This document shows, in pieces, positions 40,192-49,440 of a stretch of 64,000 nucleotides of DNA (its first letter is position 1; each line of letters opens with the position of its first letter). The notes under the pieces were generated by a model. It was not told the origin of the DNA and made no database searches. It worked only from the letters and a program-made list of their open reading frames with translations. Made by a program: the position numbers and the translations under genes. The stretch covers positions 224,001 to 288,000 of the forward strand of contig CAVRCJ010000006.1 of assembly GCA_963719515.1 (NCBI GenBank), in the 5' to 3' direction. This DNA comes from an uncultured cyanobacterium (GTDB lineage Bacteria; Cyanobacteriota; Cyanobacteriia; CAKZMO01).

Positions 40192-41493
40192 CTAAAGCCT
40201 AAAGGCCTGTTTCGCACTGGCTAGCTTCAGACTGCGATCGGCCAGCCCGTTGACGCCGCCGTTGATCACCCGCGTTACTGCGACCACGTTATCCGCATCG
40301 GCAAGGGCATTTAGCCCTCTAGAATTCCAGAACCAGCCCGCGCTCCTAGCCGCTAGCTCGTCTTCGGCAAGCCGTCTCGGCTGCACCACCAGCTGATTGC
40401 CAAGCCCCAGTCCGGCGCTGCAGGCGGTGTAGTTGGAGCGTCCCGTAATCTGAATCAAACCCCGCCCCTTAAAGCGAGGTCCATCCCCCGGCACCACATT
40501 GCCCAAATCTAGGCGACCCTCGTACTGGGTACCGTCGGACAGCTCTTCTACAAACCGAAACTCTCCAGACTCGTGGGCCAGCTGCGCGAGAAAATGGGCC
40601 TGCTGTAGAGGGCGACTGATGCCAAACTCGGCCATGGTGACGTTGAGCGGTGCCACGAACCGGCGCAGCTGCGATCGCGAGGCGTTGGGGGCAATTTGCC
40701 GCAGCTGCCCTTCGGTCACTTGGGCTAATCGGGGAAACAGCCCCGCATAGGGCAAGCGGCCAAACGGGCGCGCCGGGAGCTTGACTACGCCGGTGCGAGT
40801 GGCAATGGTGCGGATGGCGTTGTCTACGACAGCGTCTTGAGAGGCCAAGCGATCGCCCCTGATCTGTTCCACAAAAATTTTGAGGGAATTTGCAGCCCGC
40901 ATACGCAGCTGAGGGAAGGGCAGCGTGCGCGGCACGACAAACAGGCCCATATAGGGTGTCCGTCCCCGGGGGCGAGGGGGCTGACCGGCCAGGGCCCGCA
41001 GCAAGCTATCGGCTTCCGCATCGGCGGAAGTAGGCACAGCGTCTGGAATGCGGTCGACTAGCTGCTCTAGCCGCTGGGCCGCGAGCTTGCGCCAGACCAT
41101 TAGCTGCACGGCGCTAATACGGGCCGTAGTGTAGCCAAAGATGCCCTCATAAGGGTAGACCCCGGTGGGGCGCGCCAGCGGAAATCCTCGCAGCGCACGA
41201 ATCAGTTCATCAGCCTCTTGGTCGGCGGGCAATAGTCCGCTGTCATCGAGGTGCTCCAGAAAAATTCTCACGCCGCCTCCAGCACGCTGCCGCAAGTCTG
41301 GCAGGGAGCGATCGCCAAAAATCCCGACATAGGGCGGGCTTCCCGCTGGTCGAGGAGACTGGTTTGTAAGTAGTCTCAGCAGGTCATCGACCTGATCGTC
41401 CTGCGGGGACGCTGCTGCCCCAGAGATAGCTGGAATGAACATTCCCAGCGCTCGTGCTGCGAGAGTGCGCCACACATCAAGTTGACTATCCAT
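40192..41493 (-). CDS. Glycoside hydrolase family 19 (lysozyme/chitinase-like) with N-terminal repeat domain
   Basis: AHFLAQLAHESG, FKGRGLIQITGRSNY, SAGWFW, TRVINGGVNGLADR; start MDSQ at 41493 preferred (GGAGAGG upstream). Confidence 0.88.
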   Translation of the reverse strand: MDSQLDVWRTLAARALGMFIPAISGAAASPQDDQVDDLLRLLTNQSPRPAGSPPYVGIFGDRSLPDLRQRAGGGVRIFLEHLDDSGLLPADQEADELIRALRGFPLARPTGVYPYEGIFGYTTARISAVQLMVWRKLAAQRLEQLVDRIPDAVPTSADAEADSLLRALAGQPPRPRGRTPYMGLFVVPRTLPFPQLRMRAANSLKIFVEQIRGDRLASQDAVVDNAIRTIATRTGVVKLPARPFGRLPYAGLFPRLAQVTEGQLRQIAPNASRSQLRRFVAPLNVTMAEFGISRPLQQAHFLAQLAHESGEFRFVEELSDGTQYEGRLDLGNVVPGDGPRFKGRGLIQITGRSNYTACSAGLGLGNQLVVQPRRLAEDELAARSAGWFWNSRGLNALADADNVVAVTRVINGGVNGLADRSLKLASAKQAFRL

Positions 41494-41793
41494 GCTTCTT
41501 GTGTCCTCTCCGTTGGAGCTAAGCGGCTTGCTGTCAAATACATCGCGCCGGGCGAATTTTCCGCTCAGCAATTCTAATTTCGAAACCAAGCATAGCGTGG
41601 GATAAGCGCCTACCGATCTCGCGGTGGCAAGACAACTCCATATAATTGGACCTGTATATATGAGTAGCTAGACAAAATTACTAAATTGTGCTGAATGACT
41701 CAGCTTAGGCTCGAATGGGTTATCCACGAGGCTGTTCCCGGTCAGATTGTCTGCTCATACAGCCAGTCGCATCCGCCATTTCCACAGATATAG

Positions 41794-41824
41794 CAAATGT
41801 CCTAATGCATTAGAACATTTGTGC
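41794..41824. promoter_or_regulatory. 28-bp near-perfect palindrome with LexA-like boxes in the divergent intergenic region
   Basis: CAAATGTcCTAATGCATTAGaACATTTG (one mismatched pair); includes AGAACATTTGTGC. Confidence 0.5.
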
Positions 41825-41921
41825 GTTCAGTTGCCTACACAAAGTCAGGCTTGCAGCCGATTTTGGTGTCTTAAGCAACTGAGCCAATGCAATAGTATGC
41901 CACTAAGGAGAGAATAAACCT

Positions 41922-42584
41922 ATGACTCAGCGACTTCGCCGACAGGCATCCCAATTTTGGCAGGTTCTGTCAGGCCCAGAAACGCGCCGTGCCTACGGCT
42001 CTGCAGTGGCGAAGACGGGGGCGATTGTTAGAGAAGGCGGGCTGCTTATTTGGCTCTTGGTTTGTCTGGTACTTGTCGCCTTTGACTCAGGCGTAGCGGC
42101 AGCGATCGCCGCTGGGCGGGCTTCTCGCAGCTTGGTTAGCCGTCTCAGTCACACCCAGCCCGACGCGATCGCGGTCAACACGAAGCAGTCGCTGCTGTCG
42201 GCGGGACAAACGGGTTTAGCCACTACCCTGTCTCAAGCAAGGCAGCAGCTCGGACTACCGCAGAAGCCGGAAGCGACACCTCAAGCGGCAGCGCCTAACG
42301 CAGTACCCGAGGTGACGGCATCTAAGACAACGGCACCTGAGACAGAGGCACCTGAGACAGAGGCACCTGAGACAGAGGCACCTGAGACAGAGGCGGCTGA
42401 GGCGAAAGCACTTGAGGCGAAAGCACTTGAGGCGAAAGCAGTACCCGGGCTAAAGGCAGAGCCTGCTGCGAGCCCTAAAGTTATGGCCAAGCCGGACGCT
42501 GCGGTGGCTTCCGAGGAGGCTTCAAATGAAGTCACGTCCGGTAAGGCTGCGGTAACCGAGGAGACTGAAGCTGCTGCAGAATAG
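41922..42584 (+). CDS. Membrane-anchored hypothetical protein with low-complexity Ala/Glu/Pro tail
   Basis: RBS AAGGAG; one TM; (APETE)x4 and (EAKAL)-type repeats. Confidence 0.75.
   Translation: MTQRLRRQASQFWQVLSGPETRRAYGSAVAKTGAIVREGGLLIWLLVCLVLVAFDSGVAAAIAAGRASRSLVSRLSHTQPDAIAVNTKQSLLSAGQTGLATTLSQARQQLGLPQKPEATPQAAAPNAVPEVTASKTTAPETEAPETEAPETEAPETEAAEAKALEAKALEAKAVPGLKAEPAASPKVMAKPDAAVASEEASNEVTSGKAAVTEETEAAAE
42332..42440 (+). repeat. Two adjacent in-frame 15-bp tandem arrays
   Basis: GGCACCTGAGACAGA x4 (42332-42391), then TGAGGCGAAAGCACT about x3. Confidence 0.9.
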
Positions 42585-42840
42585 ACCACATCAAAGCCCA
42601 TCCGCGAGTCATCTCCGGGGCTTTGTCGAATCAAGATACAAATTTGTAGCATTAGGCTGAGCCCAAAGCTGGGCGATAGGGACATGGCAATGCTGTGTCC
42701 CTACAGCTCATCCTCTACAACAGACGTTTTATCCGGTAGCAGCATCCTACACCTCAACACCATGCTTCAGCTGCGAGCACCTGCGAAGAGTAGCCAATCA
42801 TTCCATTAAGAAATGAAACAGTTCGCTATCTCGCGATCAA

Positions 42841-43371
42841 CTACTCTAAAATTCTCACCCCTACCACCGACGTATTGAATCGGTAGGTCCGGCCCTCTAG
42901 CTCTATCCCACTTCCAATCTTCACCTTGTTGTTGCCAAATACTACGCTGTCATCCGTGATCTGAGCGTCATCCACCAGGGTAATCAACATATCCACCGTG
43001 AAATCCAGTTCAGGGCGAGGGTCAGGGACAGGCTTGAGGGTGCCATCGGGCTGAGGGGCCGCTACTGAGCGAGGCAGCTCTCTAATCGACTGCACCTCGA
43101 CTCGTCCAAAGGGCTGGTTGCGAATAATAATTTCTGTTTGACCCTCGTCCCGAATACTGTCGACTAGGCCTTGGGGATCGGTAACCGTCAAGCCTCGCAC
43201 CATAACGTCCACCTCGACGGGCTGCGTCGTCGCTCCAATTTGAGCCACCGACCCCGAGTCTCCGGGGACGAAGAAAATGCCCGCGATGGTCAACAAAACC
43301 ACCAGAACGGCCCCCGCATCGAGAATGCCGATACGCCCGAACAGCCGTCCTCTTGAGTCCAGAATTGCCAT
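42841..43371 (-). CDS. DUF4330-type protein
   Basis: MAILDSRGRLFG start, one TM, IIIRNQP, PDPRP, KVKIG. Confidence 0.8.
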   Translation of the reverse strand: MAILDSRGRLFGRIGILDAGAVLVVLLTIAGIFFVPGDSGSVAQIGATTQPVEVDVMVRGLTVTDPQGLVDSIRDEGQTEIIIRNQPFGRVEVQSIRELPRSVAAPQPDGTLKPVPDPRPELDFTVDMLITLVDDAQITDDSVVFGNNKVKIGSGIELEGRTYRFNTSVVGVRILE

Positions 43372-43471
43372 AGGTGTGCTAGGTGTGAGATACGGAAGCC
43401 AACTTACCATGATTAGAGTACAAGACTTTAGGGCGGGTGGCGTTGAGTGAACATCTTATGTCGGACTGCTG

Positions 43472-44758
43472 ATGGTTAGGATAAACGGGTTGAGCTTAGG
43501 CATTGATTTTGGCACTTCAGGGGCGAGGGCTGTTGCTATTGACGTGAGTCAGCAGGTGCAGGCCGAGGCTCGCCGCGACTTTGAAGACTGCGCGGCGGCT
43601 GACTACGCAAGCCAGTGGCGGGCTACCCTGTTTGACCTGCTAGAGCAGCTTCCCAAAAACACCCGCCAGCGAATCACCGCGATCGCCGTCAACGGCACCT
43701 CAGGCACCGTACTGAGATGCGATCGCCGGGGAGAGCCATTGGGAGAGCCTATCCTCTATAACGACAGCCGGGGCCGAGAGGTGCTGGAAGCTATTGATGC
43801 CATTGCTCCCGCCGACCATGTGGTGCGCAGCGCCAGCTCCAGCTTGGCCAAGCTGCTGTGGTGGCACCGTCACGACGCCCCGAGCCTCTCCGGCAGCGCG
43901 CCTGCCTATTTCTTGCACCAGGCCGACTGGCTCAGCTCTTTGCTTCATGGGCAGCTGGGGGTAAGCGACTACCACAACAGCCTTAAGCTGGGGTACGACG
44001 TGGAGGCGCTGGCCTATCCCCAGTGGTTTGATGCGGTGCCGGGAGGGCTAGTGCTGCCCCGCGTTGTGGCCCCCGGCACCGCGATCGCCCCCCTAAGAGA
44101 GACGCTGAGCGATCGCACCGGCATTCCCCGCCGCTGTCAAGTCTGCGCCGGTACCACCGACAGTATTGCCGCTTTTTTGGCCAGCGGCGCAGCGGCATCG
44201 GGGGAAGCAGTGACCTCGCTGGGGTCAACGCTGGTGCTGAAGCTGCTGAGTCCCCACCGCGTTGAGCAGTCCTCTTCCGGCATCTATAGCCATCGGCTGG
44301 GCGATCGCTGGCTGGTAGGTGGGGCGTCTAATAGTGGCGGAGCCGTGTTGGCAAAATATTTTGATGACGAAGCGCTAAAGGCCTTGAGCCAGCAGATTCA
44401 CCCTGAGAGCGATAGCGGCCTCGACTACTACCCGCTGCTGCAGCCGGGAGAGCGCTTTCCTATTAACGATCCCAATTTGCCCCCTCGCCTCATCCCCCAT
44501 CCCCAGGATTCAACAGTGTTTTTACAGGGCCTTCTGGAGGGAATGGCCCGCATTGAAGCGCTGGGCTACAAAAAGCTTCAGGCCATGGGGTCGCCACCTT
44601 TGAAAAAAGTCTACAGCGCTGGCGGCGGCGCTAAAAATGTGGTCTGGCGCTCAATTCGGTCGCGGTATCTAGGCGTGCCGGTGGAAGCGGCGGTCCACAG
44701 TGAAGCTGCTTACGGCACAGCGCGTCTTGCACAGGGCTTGCACAGGGCTTATACCTGA
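43472..44758 (+). CDS. FGGY-family carbohydrate kinase (xylulose/ribulose kinase-like)
   Basis: GIDFGTSGAR, GTTDSIAA, SLGSTL, GGASNSGG, AGGGA. Confidence 0.9.
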   Translation: MVRINGLSLGIDFGTSGARAVAIDVSQQVQAEARRDFEDCAAADYASQWRATLFDLLEQLPKNTRQRITAIAVNGTSGTVLRCDRRGEPLGEPILYNDSRGREVLEAIDAIAPADHVVRSASSSLAKLLWWHRHDAPSLSGSAPAYFLHQADWLSSLLHGQLGVSDYHNSLKLGYDVEALAYPQWFDAVPGGLVLPRVVAPGTAIAPLRETLSDRTGIPRRCQVCAGTTDSIAAFLASGAAASGEAVTSLGSTLVLKLLSPHRVEQSSSGIYSHRLGDRWLVGGASNSGGAVLAKYFDDEALKALSQQIHPESDSGLDYYPLLQPGERFPINDPNLPPRLIPHPQDSTVFLQGLLEGMARIEALGYKKLQAMGSPPLKKVYSAGGGAKNVVWRSIRSRYLGVPVEAAVHSEAAYGTARLAQGLHRAYT

Positions 44759-44765
44759 AGTCTAG

Positions 44766-45194
44766 CTAGGGTAGGGAACTGTCTGGATTGCCCCAGGGAA
44801 TCGCATTTTCTGTGGGGGATGATTCCAGGTAAGAGACCGCCCAATACATGCTTAGCGTTGAAGTACCGACAACCATCCAGAGGGCACTAATAACGGCCAT
44901 CTGCCAAAACAGCGCCCGCTCCCGTCGGGTCCGCTGGGGAGTGCGCTTTTCGCGGCCTCCTAACAGAACGAGGTAAATCCCTCGGACGCCGAAGAGAGGC
45001 ATAGAGAGACGAACGTCTAGAGCGTGGCTTCTGGGCATGAAAGTCTCGCAGGCCTTTCTCATGCTCATTTCTTGCTCAGCGGTGAGGTCGGCCCGTGCGG
45101 CGGGGCTCATGCTCGAAATTAGGCGATCGTAAAAAAAGTTGGCGGTGGAGCCGCCCGTGCGGCCATTCTGAGAGGCAGAAGATAACTGTTTCAC
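44766..45194 (-). CDS. Hypothetical membrane protein
   Basis: HALDVRLS...YLVLLGGREKR followed by one TM; GTG start with GGAG upstream. Confidence 0.65.
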   Translation of the reverse strand: MKQLSSASQNGRTGGSTANFFYDRLISSMSPAARADLTAEQEMSMRKACETFMPRSHALDVRLSMPLFGVRGIYLVLLGGREKRTPQRTRRERALFWQMAVISALWMVVGTSTLSMYWAVSYLESSPTENAIPWGNPDSSLP

Positions 45195-45580
45195 AGGGTA
45201 CTCCGTTGACGACTAGGGTCTGATGACTAGGACTAGGTGACTCAGGCGGAAAGCAATCTAAACCTTCCGCAATCTAGCCTGCACCAGAGGATAGAACCCT
45301 CCGTGCTTCTGAGGGACCGTTTGCAGGTCAGCAAACCGAATTTAAGTCAAATCAACTAGAGGGTTTTGGAGCGAGATGGCTAGGGCGCTGCCACAGACCC
45401 TTGAAATAGGCTAAGCCTCTCCTGAGTCGCTTCACGCAAGCTTCTTATGGACTGCTCAGATTAGCGTCAGGAAAAGCTCAGAGAGCCCCGGCACTATAGG
45501 AACTGTAGACGACAGGCAATCACTTCACCCCATCGAGGTCACTGCCTGAGACCAACACTTAATTCTCAAAGAGATTCGAT

Positions 45581-45796
45581 ATGAAACGCATCATCACCGC
45601 TACAGTATCCCTAGTTGCGATCGCTGCTCTTGCTTCTCCCGCTGCCGCCCTCTCGGGCCGCTTTGAGGAAGAGTTCCACGAAGGTTTGGGCAACAAGCTC
45701 TCGGGCCGCTTTGAGGAAGAGTTTCATGAAGGTCTGGGTAATAAACTCTCTGGTCGCTTTGAAGAGGAGTTCCATGAAGGCCTAGGCAACAAGTAA
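45581..45796 (+). CDS. Secreted peptide: signal peptide plus 3 x LSGRFEEEFHEGLGNK
   Basis: 23-aa signal ending PAAA; three 48-bp units differing only at synonymous sites. Confidence 0.9.
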   Translation: MKRIITATVSLVAIAALASPAAALSGRFEEEFHEGLGNKLSGRFEEEFHEGLGNKLSGRFEEEFHEGLGNK

Positions 45797-45846
45797 TTTC
45801 TTCGTTCAAGCAGCGTTACCGTCACCATACAAATGATTCCGGGTCC

Positions 45847-45880
45847 ATCCAGGGCTTCTACGAAACCCTGGATTTTTGTT
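45847..45880 (+). terminator. Intrinsic terminator of the repeat-peptide gene
   Basis: ATCCAGGG...CCCTGGAT followed by TTTTGTT. Confidence 0.75.
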
Positions 45881-45905
45881 GATATCAAGGCTTACGCAGG
45901 AGTCC

Positions 45906-46691
45906 CTATAGCGGCCTTTCAAACGTCATCAGGTGCTGACTCGGTAGCTCTTCAGTCGTGCTCACCCAGCGCAGCCCCACGGCCTCTAACTCCCGCCGTA
46001 CCTGCCGCTGGGTCATTTTGTGGTGCCGTTTAATCGGAATCAGCGGATTCTCTCCCCGATACTCCGCCAGTACCACCCGCCCGCCGGGCCGCAGCGCAGT
46101 GGCGATCGCCGTCATCACTTCGTAGGGGTAGGCAAACTCGTGGTAGGCGTCCACTAGCAGCACCAGGTCTATTCCCTCTGGCAGGTGGGGGTCGGTCTCG
46201 CTGGCCAAAACCGTCTCTACGTTAGGGATCTGCCCGTCTTCCTTCAAAAACTCGACGATGTCCAGCATTTCGGGCTGGATGTCTACCGCCAGCACTTTAC
46301 CCTGGGGCACCCGAGGCGCGATGCGAAAGGTGAAGTAGCCCGTCCCTGCGCCGATGTCGGCTACTACCAGATCGTCTTCTAGAGGGAGCGATGAGACTAG
46401 AGTACTGGGTTGCTCCTGCCGCTCGCGGCTAGGTCGCTCTAGCCAGGTTGCCCCGCGATGACCCATCACTTGGGAAATCTCTCGGCCCATGTAGACTTTG
46501 CCGATGCCATCGGAGCTGGGGCGACGGTAGCCGTAGTCGTATTGCTCTGGGGCCGAGGGGCTTTTGGTCAGGGCAGAAGCAGGTAGGGCAGTGAGCAAGA
46601 GGGCGATCGCGATCGTTAAGCTAAGGCTGAGGCGAGTGAGGATTTGGCGTGGCGATCGATTGTTGAAATAGGGAATGGGGTTGATGACCAT
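45906..46691 (-). CDS. Exported class I SAM-dependent methyltransferase
   Basis: Signal-like N-terminus, YMGREISQVMGH, VADIGAGTGYF, VDAYHEF; ATG 46691 preferred. Confidence 0.85.
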   Translation of the reverse strand: MVINPIPYFNNRSPRQILTRLSLSLTIAIALLLTALPASALTKSPSAPEQYDYGYRRPSSDGIGKVYMGREISQVMGHRGATWLERPSRERQEQPSTLVSSLPLEDDLVVADIGAGTGYFTFRIAPRVPQGKVLAVDIQPEMLDIVEFLKEDGQIPNVETVLASETDPHLPEGIDLVLLVDAYHEFAYPYEVMTAIATALRPGGRVVLAEYRGENPLIPIKRHHKMTQRQVRRELEAVGLRWVSTTEELPSQHLMTFERPL

Positions 46692-46821
46692 GAATATTGC
46701 TAAAGAACGTCGCTGAAGTCGCTCTCTCAATTATGAAGCGGAGAGAGAATCTGAGCAGGCGAAAGACTAGAGCTTGGAGGGCATGTCGGCAATGTGTTCT
46801 TGTACTGAGCACTTTAAAGCG

Positions 46822-46858
46822 AAGTGGAGCTCCCCAAAATTTGAGGAACTCCACTTTT
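46822..46858 (-). terminator. Hairpin downstream of PTPA-CTERM gene 1
   Basis: AAGTGGAG...CTCCACTT extended stem. Confidence 0.45.
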
Positions 46859-46974
46859 TAGTCTTATACGAGGTTTGATGGTTTTCTGTCAAAGAGGCGC
46901 TCGAATCGAGGCTAGAGCCTAGCTAGGGTCACCTAGGGTATTAGCAAGAACTGGCTCGCTGAGCGCAGTTAGGC

Positions 46975-47541
46975 TTAGGCCTCGCTCTCTTGGCCCTCAA
47001 ACTTGCGCTTGCGGAGAGCCGCAACACCCATACCGATAAGGCCGGGGAGAAGCGCCGGGGTGGGAACCCTGTCGACTTCGAAAGTCGCAGAGTATACATT
47101 CCCGGCACCTTGTCTGATAGTGACTTGAGAAAGCTCGCCATTGCCACTACCCGTGTTGTTGCTAGAAGAACCAAAGAATCCGCTGAACACATACACCCTT
47201 CCGCCTAGAGGATTCGCGCCAGCGAAAGAAGCAGAGCGAGCCGTGAAGTCGAAAGCGTCGTCGTCAAAGTCAACTAGGAGCTGGTTTAGGTTTGTTCCCA
47301 TGCTGATATCGTTGACTCGCACAGTCGAGGGGAGAGAAATCCCTGAAAAACCGCCAAACGCATCGATTACGAAAGCCGAGTCGCTACTGAAGTCAATACT
47401 GGTATCTGTAAAAGTGCCACTGCCAGCAATCGAATAGCCGCTGCCGACAGAAAGCGCATTGGCGGCAGACGGGAGAGCCATCACACCGACAGTAGCGGCG
47501 CCGACAGCAGTTAGACCAAGAAAAAGAGATTTGAGTGACAT
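46975..47541 (-). CDS. PTPA-CTERM sorting domain protein 1
   Basis: Signal ending ANA; Ser/Gly/Thr-rich body; C-terminal VPTPALLPGLIGMGVAALRKRK. Confidence 0.9.
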   Translation of the reverse strand: MSLKSLFLGLTAVGAATVGVMALPSAANALSVGSGYSIAGSGTFTDTSIDFSSDSAFVIDAFGGFSGISLPSTVRVNDISMGTNLNQLLVDFDDDAFDFTARSASFAGANPLGGRVYVFSGFFGSSSNNTGSGNGELSQVTIRQGAGNVYSATFEVDRVPTPALLPGLIGMGVAALRKRKFEGQESEA

Positions 47542-47866
47542 TGTTTTCGTCAAGGGTAATGTTGTTCGGAGCTAGGGAGAACCACTTACAACCGGTGATC
47601 AGTTTCAATCTCAGCGCTGTCTTTGCTGATTCAAGGCGCTGTTGCAGGTGGTGAATGTTTGGGCAGATGCGCTATCCAGACGCCAGGAGGAGCAGTCGAC
47701 GTCTATATATTGATAGTAGGCCAACCACCATCTCGTATCAACTCATACTCAGTATCCTTACGCAATTTTAACAGTATCGCGCCTTTTTAAATTCTTTCTG
47801 TAAAGTCTATGGCGTCAAATCCCTGCATTCCAGAGAGTGCTAGGTGCGTACAGCCCAACACGAAAC

Positions 47867-47906
47867 TACTAAGGAGCGCCTTTCAACAAAAGGGCGCTCC
47901 TTAGTA
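47867..47906 (-). terminator. Strong hairpin downstream of the hpsJ-like gene
   Basis: TACTAAGGAGCGCC...GGCGCTCCTTAGTA 14-bp perfect stem. Confidence 0.7.
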
Positions 47907-47963
47907 CAGCATCAAATTATACTTATGACCACACACATCACGACCTAGATGCGTTTGGCAGTA

Positions 47964-48599
47964 CTAGCCTGGCTGCTGCTTCGGTTGACTTCTCCGGCGC
48001 TCGCTGTTCCCTCGAGACGACGACATCCCCGTACGTCCTAAGCCGATGAGCCCTATCCCCACAATGATGAAGTTGCTTGTGGTAGAAACCGTCGTTTTAG
48101 TAAGGGTTGTCTTGGCGTTTTGCTCCAGGGTTTCAGCCTGAGAGTCGATCTGGCGGGTTGCTGTCGCAAAATCTTCTGGAGAGACCTGGTCTAGGATATC
48201 GGGGTCAGACTGGCTCTCTTCAACTCGACTCTGTAGCTCACTGGCCTGCTGCCTGATGTTTGCAAGCGCCTGAGACTTCAGCGATAGACTATCGCGAACG
48301 ACGAGGATGCTGCAGAGCAAAAATAATACCCCGATACCCAAGGAGGCGTAGGCCATCCACTTACGCCAGGATCGATTTGCCCAGAAGCTGTAGAGCAGCA
48401 GAGCTATAGCAAACATGAGAATGATGCTGCGATCGCCCAGCTGCTGCAGCAGGCTAATGCGCCACGCAGAGCCGGACCCTAGCGGGAAGGTGAGGGCAAT
48501 AAGGTCGAAGAGAAAACCAAAAAGACAGGTAAACCCAACAATGCGGCAGATTGCGGGGCCAATTAGCGTATTTGGGGGGGGGCTGGAGATATTAGTCAT
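47964..48599 (-). CDS. HpsJ-like membrane protein, cyanoexosortase-associated
   Basis: WR...QQLGDRSI motif, three TMs, Gln-rich coiled coil, final TM; lies inside the exosortase locus. Confidence 0.7.
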   Translation of the reverse strand: MTNISSPPPNTLIGPAICRIVGFTCLFGFLFDLIALTFPLGSGSAWRISLLQQLGDRSIILMFAIALLLYSFWANRSWRKWMAYASLGIGVLFLLCSILVVRDSLSLKSQALANIRQQASELQSRVEESQSDPDILDQVSPEDFATATRQIDSQAETLEQNAKTTLTKTTVSTTSNFIIVGIGLIGLGRTGMSSSRGNSERRRSQPKQQPG

Positions 48600-48721
48600 A
48601 AGATTAAGAGCTTAGAATATTGCAGAGCTGTTCGGGGTGAACAAACCAATTATAGTAACGCGAGAGCAGCCCTTCTTTAAAGCCTGTAAGCCGCTGTGTG
48701 ATGCTTTCTAAAAGAAAGCAA

Positions 48722-48757
48722 GGAGCAGGTGACCGGCCTCGACTAGTCACCTGCTCC
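48722..48757 (-). terminator. Hairpin after PTPA-CTERM gene 2
   Basis: GGAGCAGGTGAC...GTCACCTGCTCC 12-bp stem. Confidence 0.75.
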
Positions 48758-48774
48758 GGACAGATTGTGTTAAG

Positions 48775-49440
48775 TTATGCGGTCTCTTCTGCGTCTTGCT
48801 CCTTCTTATTGCGCAGTGCGGCAACGGCCATGCCGACTAAGCCGGGCAGTAGAGCAGGAGTCGGGACTTCTCCAACGATCTTGGAGCTCCCTTCACGAGA
48901 GCTACCTTCAGTGCCAACAGACGTCGCTCGAACACCTGCTCGCATCTGCTTATTGAAGATATACAAGTCTAAAGGACCGGCAGAGCTAGCTAGCTCAAAG
49001 CTCAGGCTGCGGATGTCATCATTACCAATACCTGAGCTTCCAATTGAGAATCCAGCGTCGAAGGCAGCTGTCCCCCCCCCATTGAGGTTGTTCCCGCCTC
49101 CAAAATTTTGAACGTTGTTGGTCGCAAAGGTTACGTCTGAAATAGGGGCACTTGCATTAATGATGCTCAGCGTATTTAGAAAAGCTTGATCGTCTCTCTT
49201 CAGGTCGAAAAAGAACCCTCGCAGGTCTGCAATATTACCCGTATTGTCTGAGACAATTCTGACATCAATTTTGAGGTTGTCTCCCAAATCGGTGAAGTCT
49301 AGGGCTACTTCTATGGGATTAGAACCAAAGTTGTTACCTCCCGAAAGATTGACAGAGAACGCTTGGGCCGGGGCATTGAGCGCACCTGTGCCCAGAACTG
49401 CCGCTGCAGCAATACCAGCAGAAATGAGTGCCTTTTTCAT
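48775..49440 (-). CDS. PTPA-CTERM sorting domain protein 2
   Basis: MKKALIS signal ending AQA, AAGGA upstream; C-terminal VPTPALLPGLVGMAVAALRNKK. Confidence 0.9.
   Translation of the reverse strand: MKKALISAGIAAAAVLGTGALNAPAQAFSVNLSGGNNFGSNPIEVALDFTDLGDNLKIDVRIVSDNTGNIADLRGFFFDLKRDDQAFLNTLSIINASAPISDVTFATNNVQNFGGGNNLNGGGTAAFDAGFSIGSSGIGNDDIRSLSFELASSAGPLDLYIFNKQMRAGVRATSVGTEGSSREGSSKIVGEVPTPALLPGLVGMAVAALRNKKEQDAEETA

Noticed and set aside
40192..41493. GH19 gene as a prophage marker
   Set aside because: No holin, structural, integrase or replication genes nearby; HIP1 sites present as in host DNA
45650..45793. 48-bp repeats as a CRISPR array
   Set aside because: Contiguous, no spacers, in frame, and varying only at synonymous sites; no cas genes in the window
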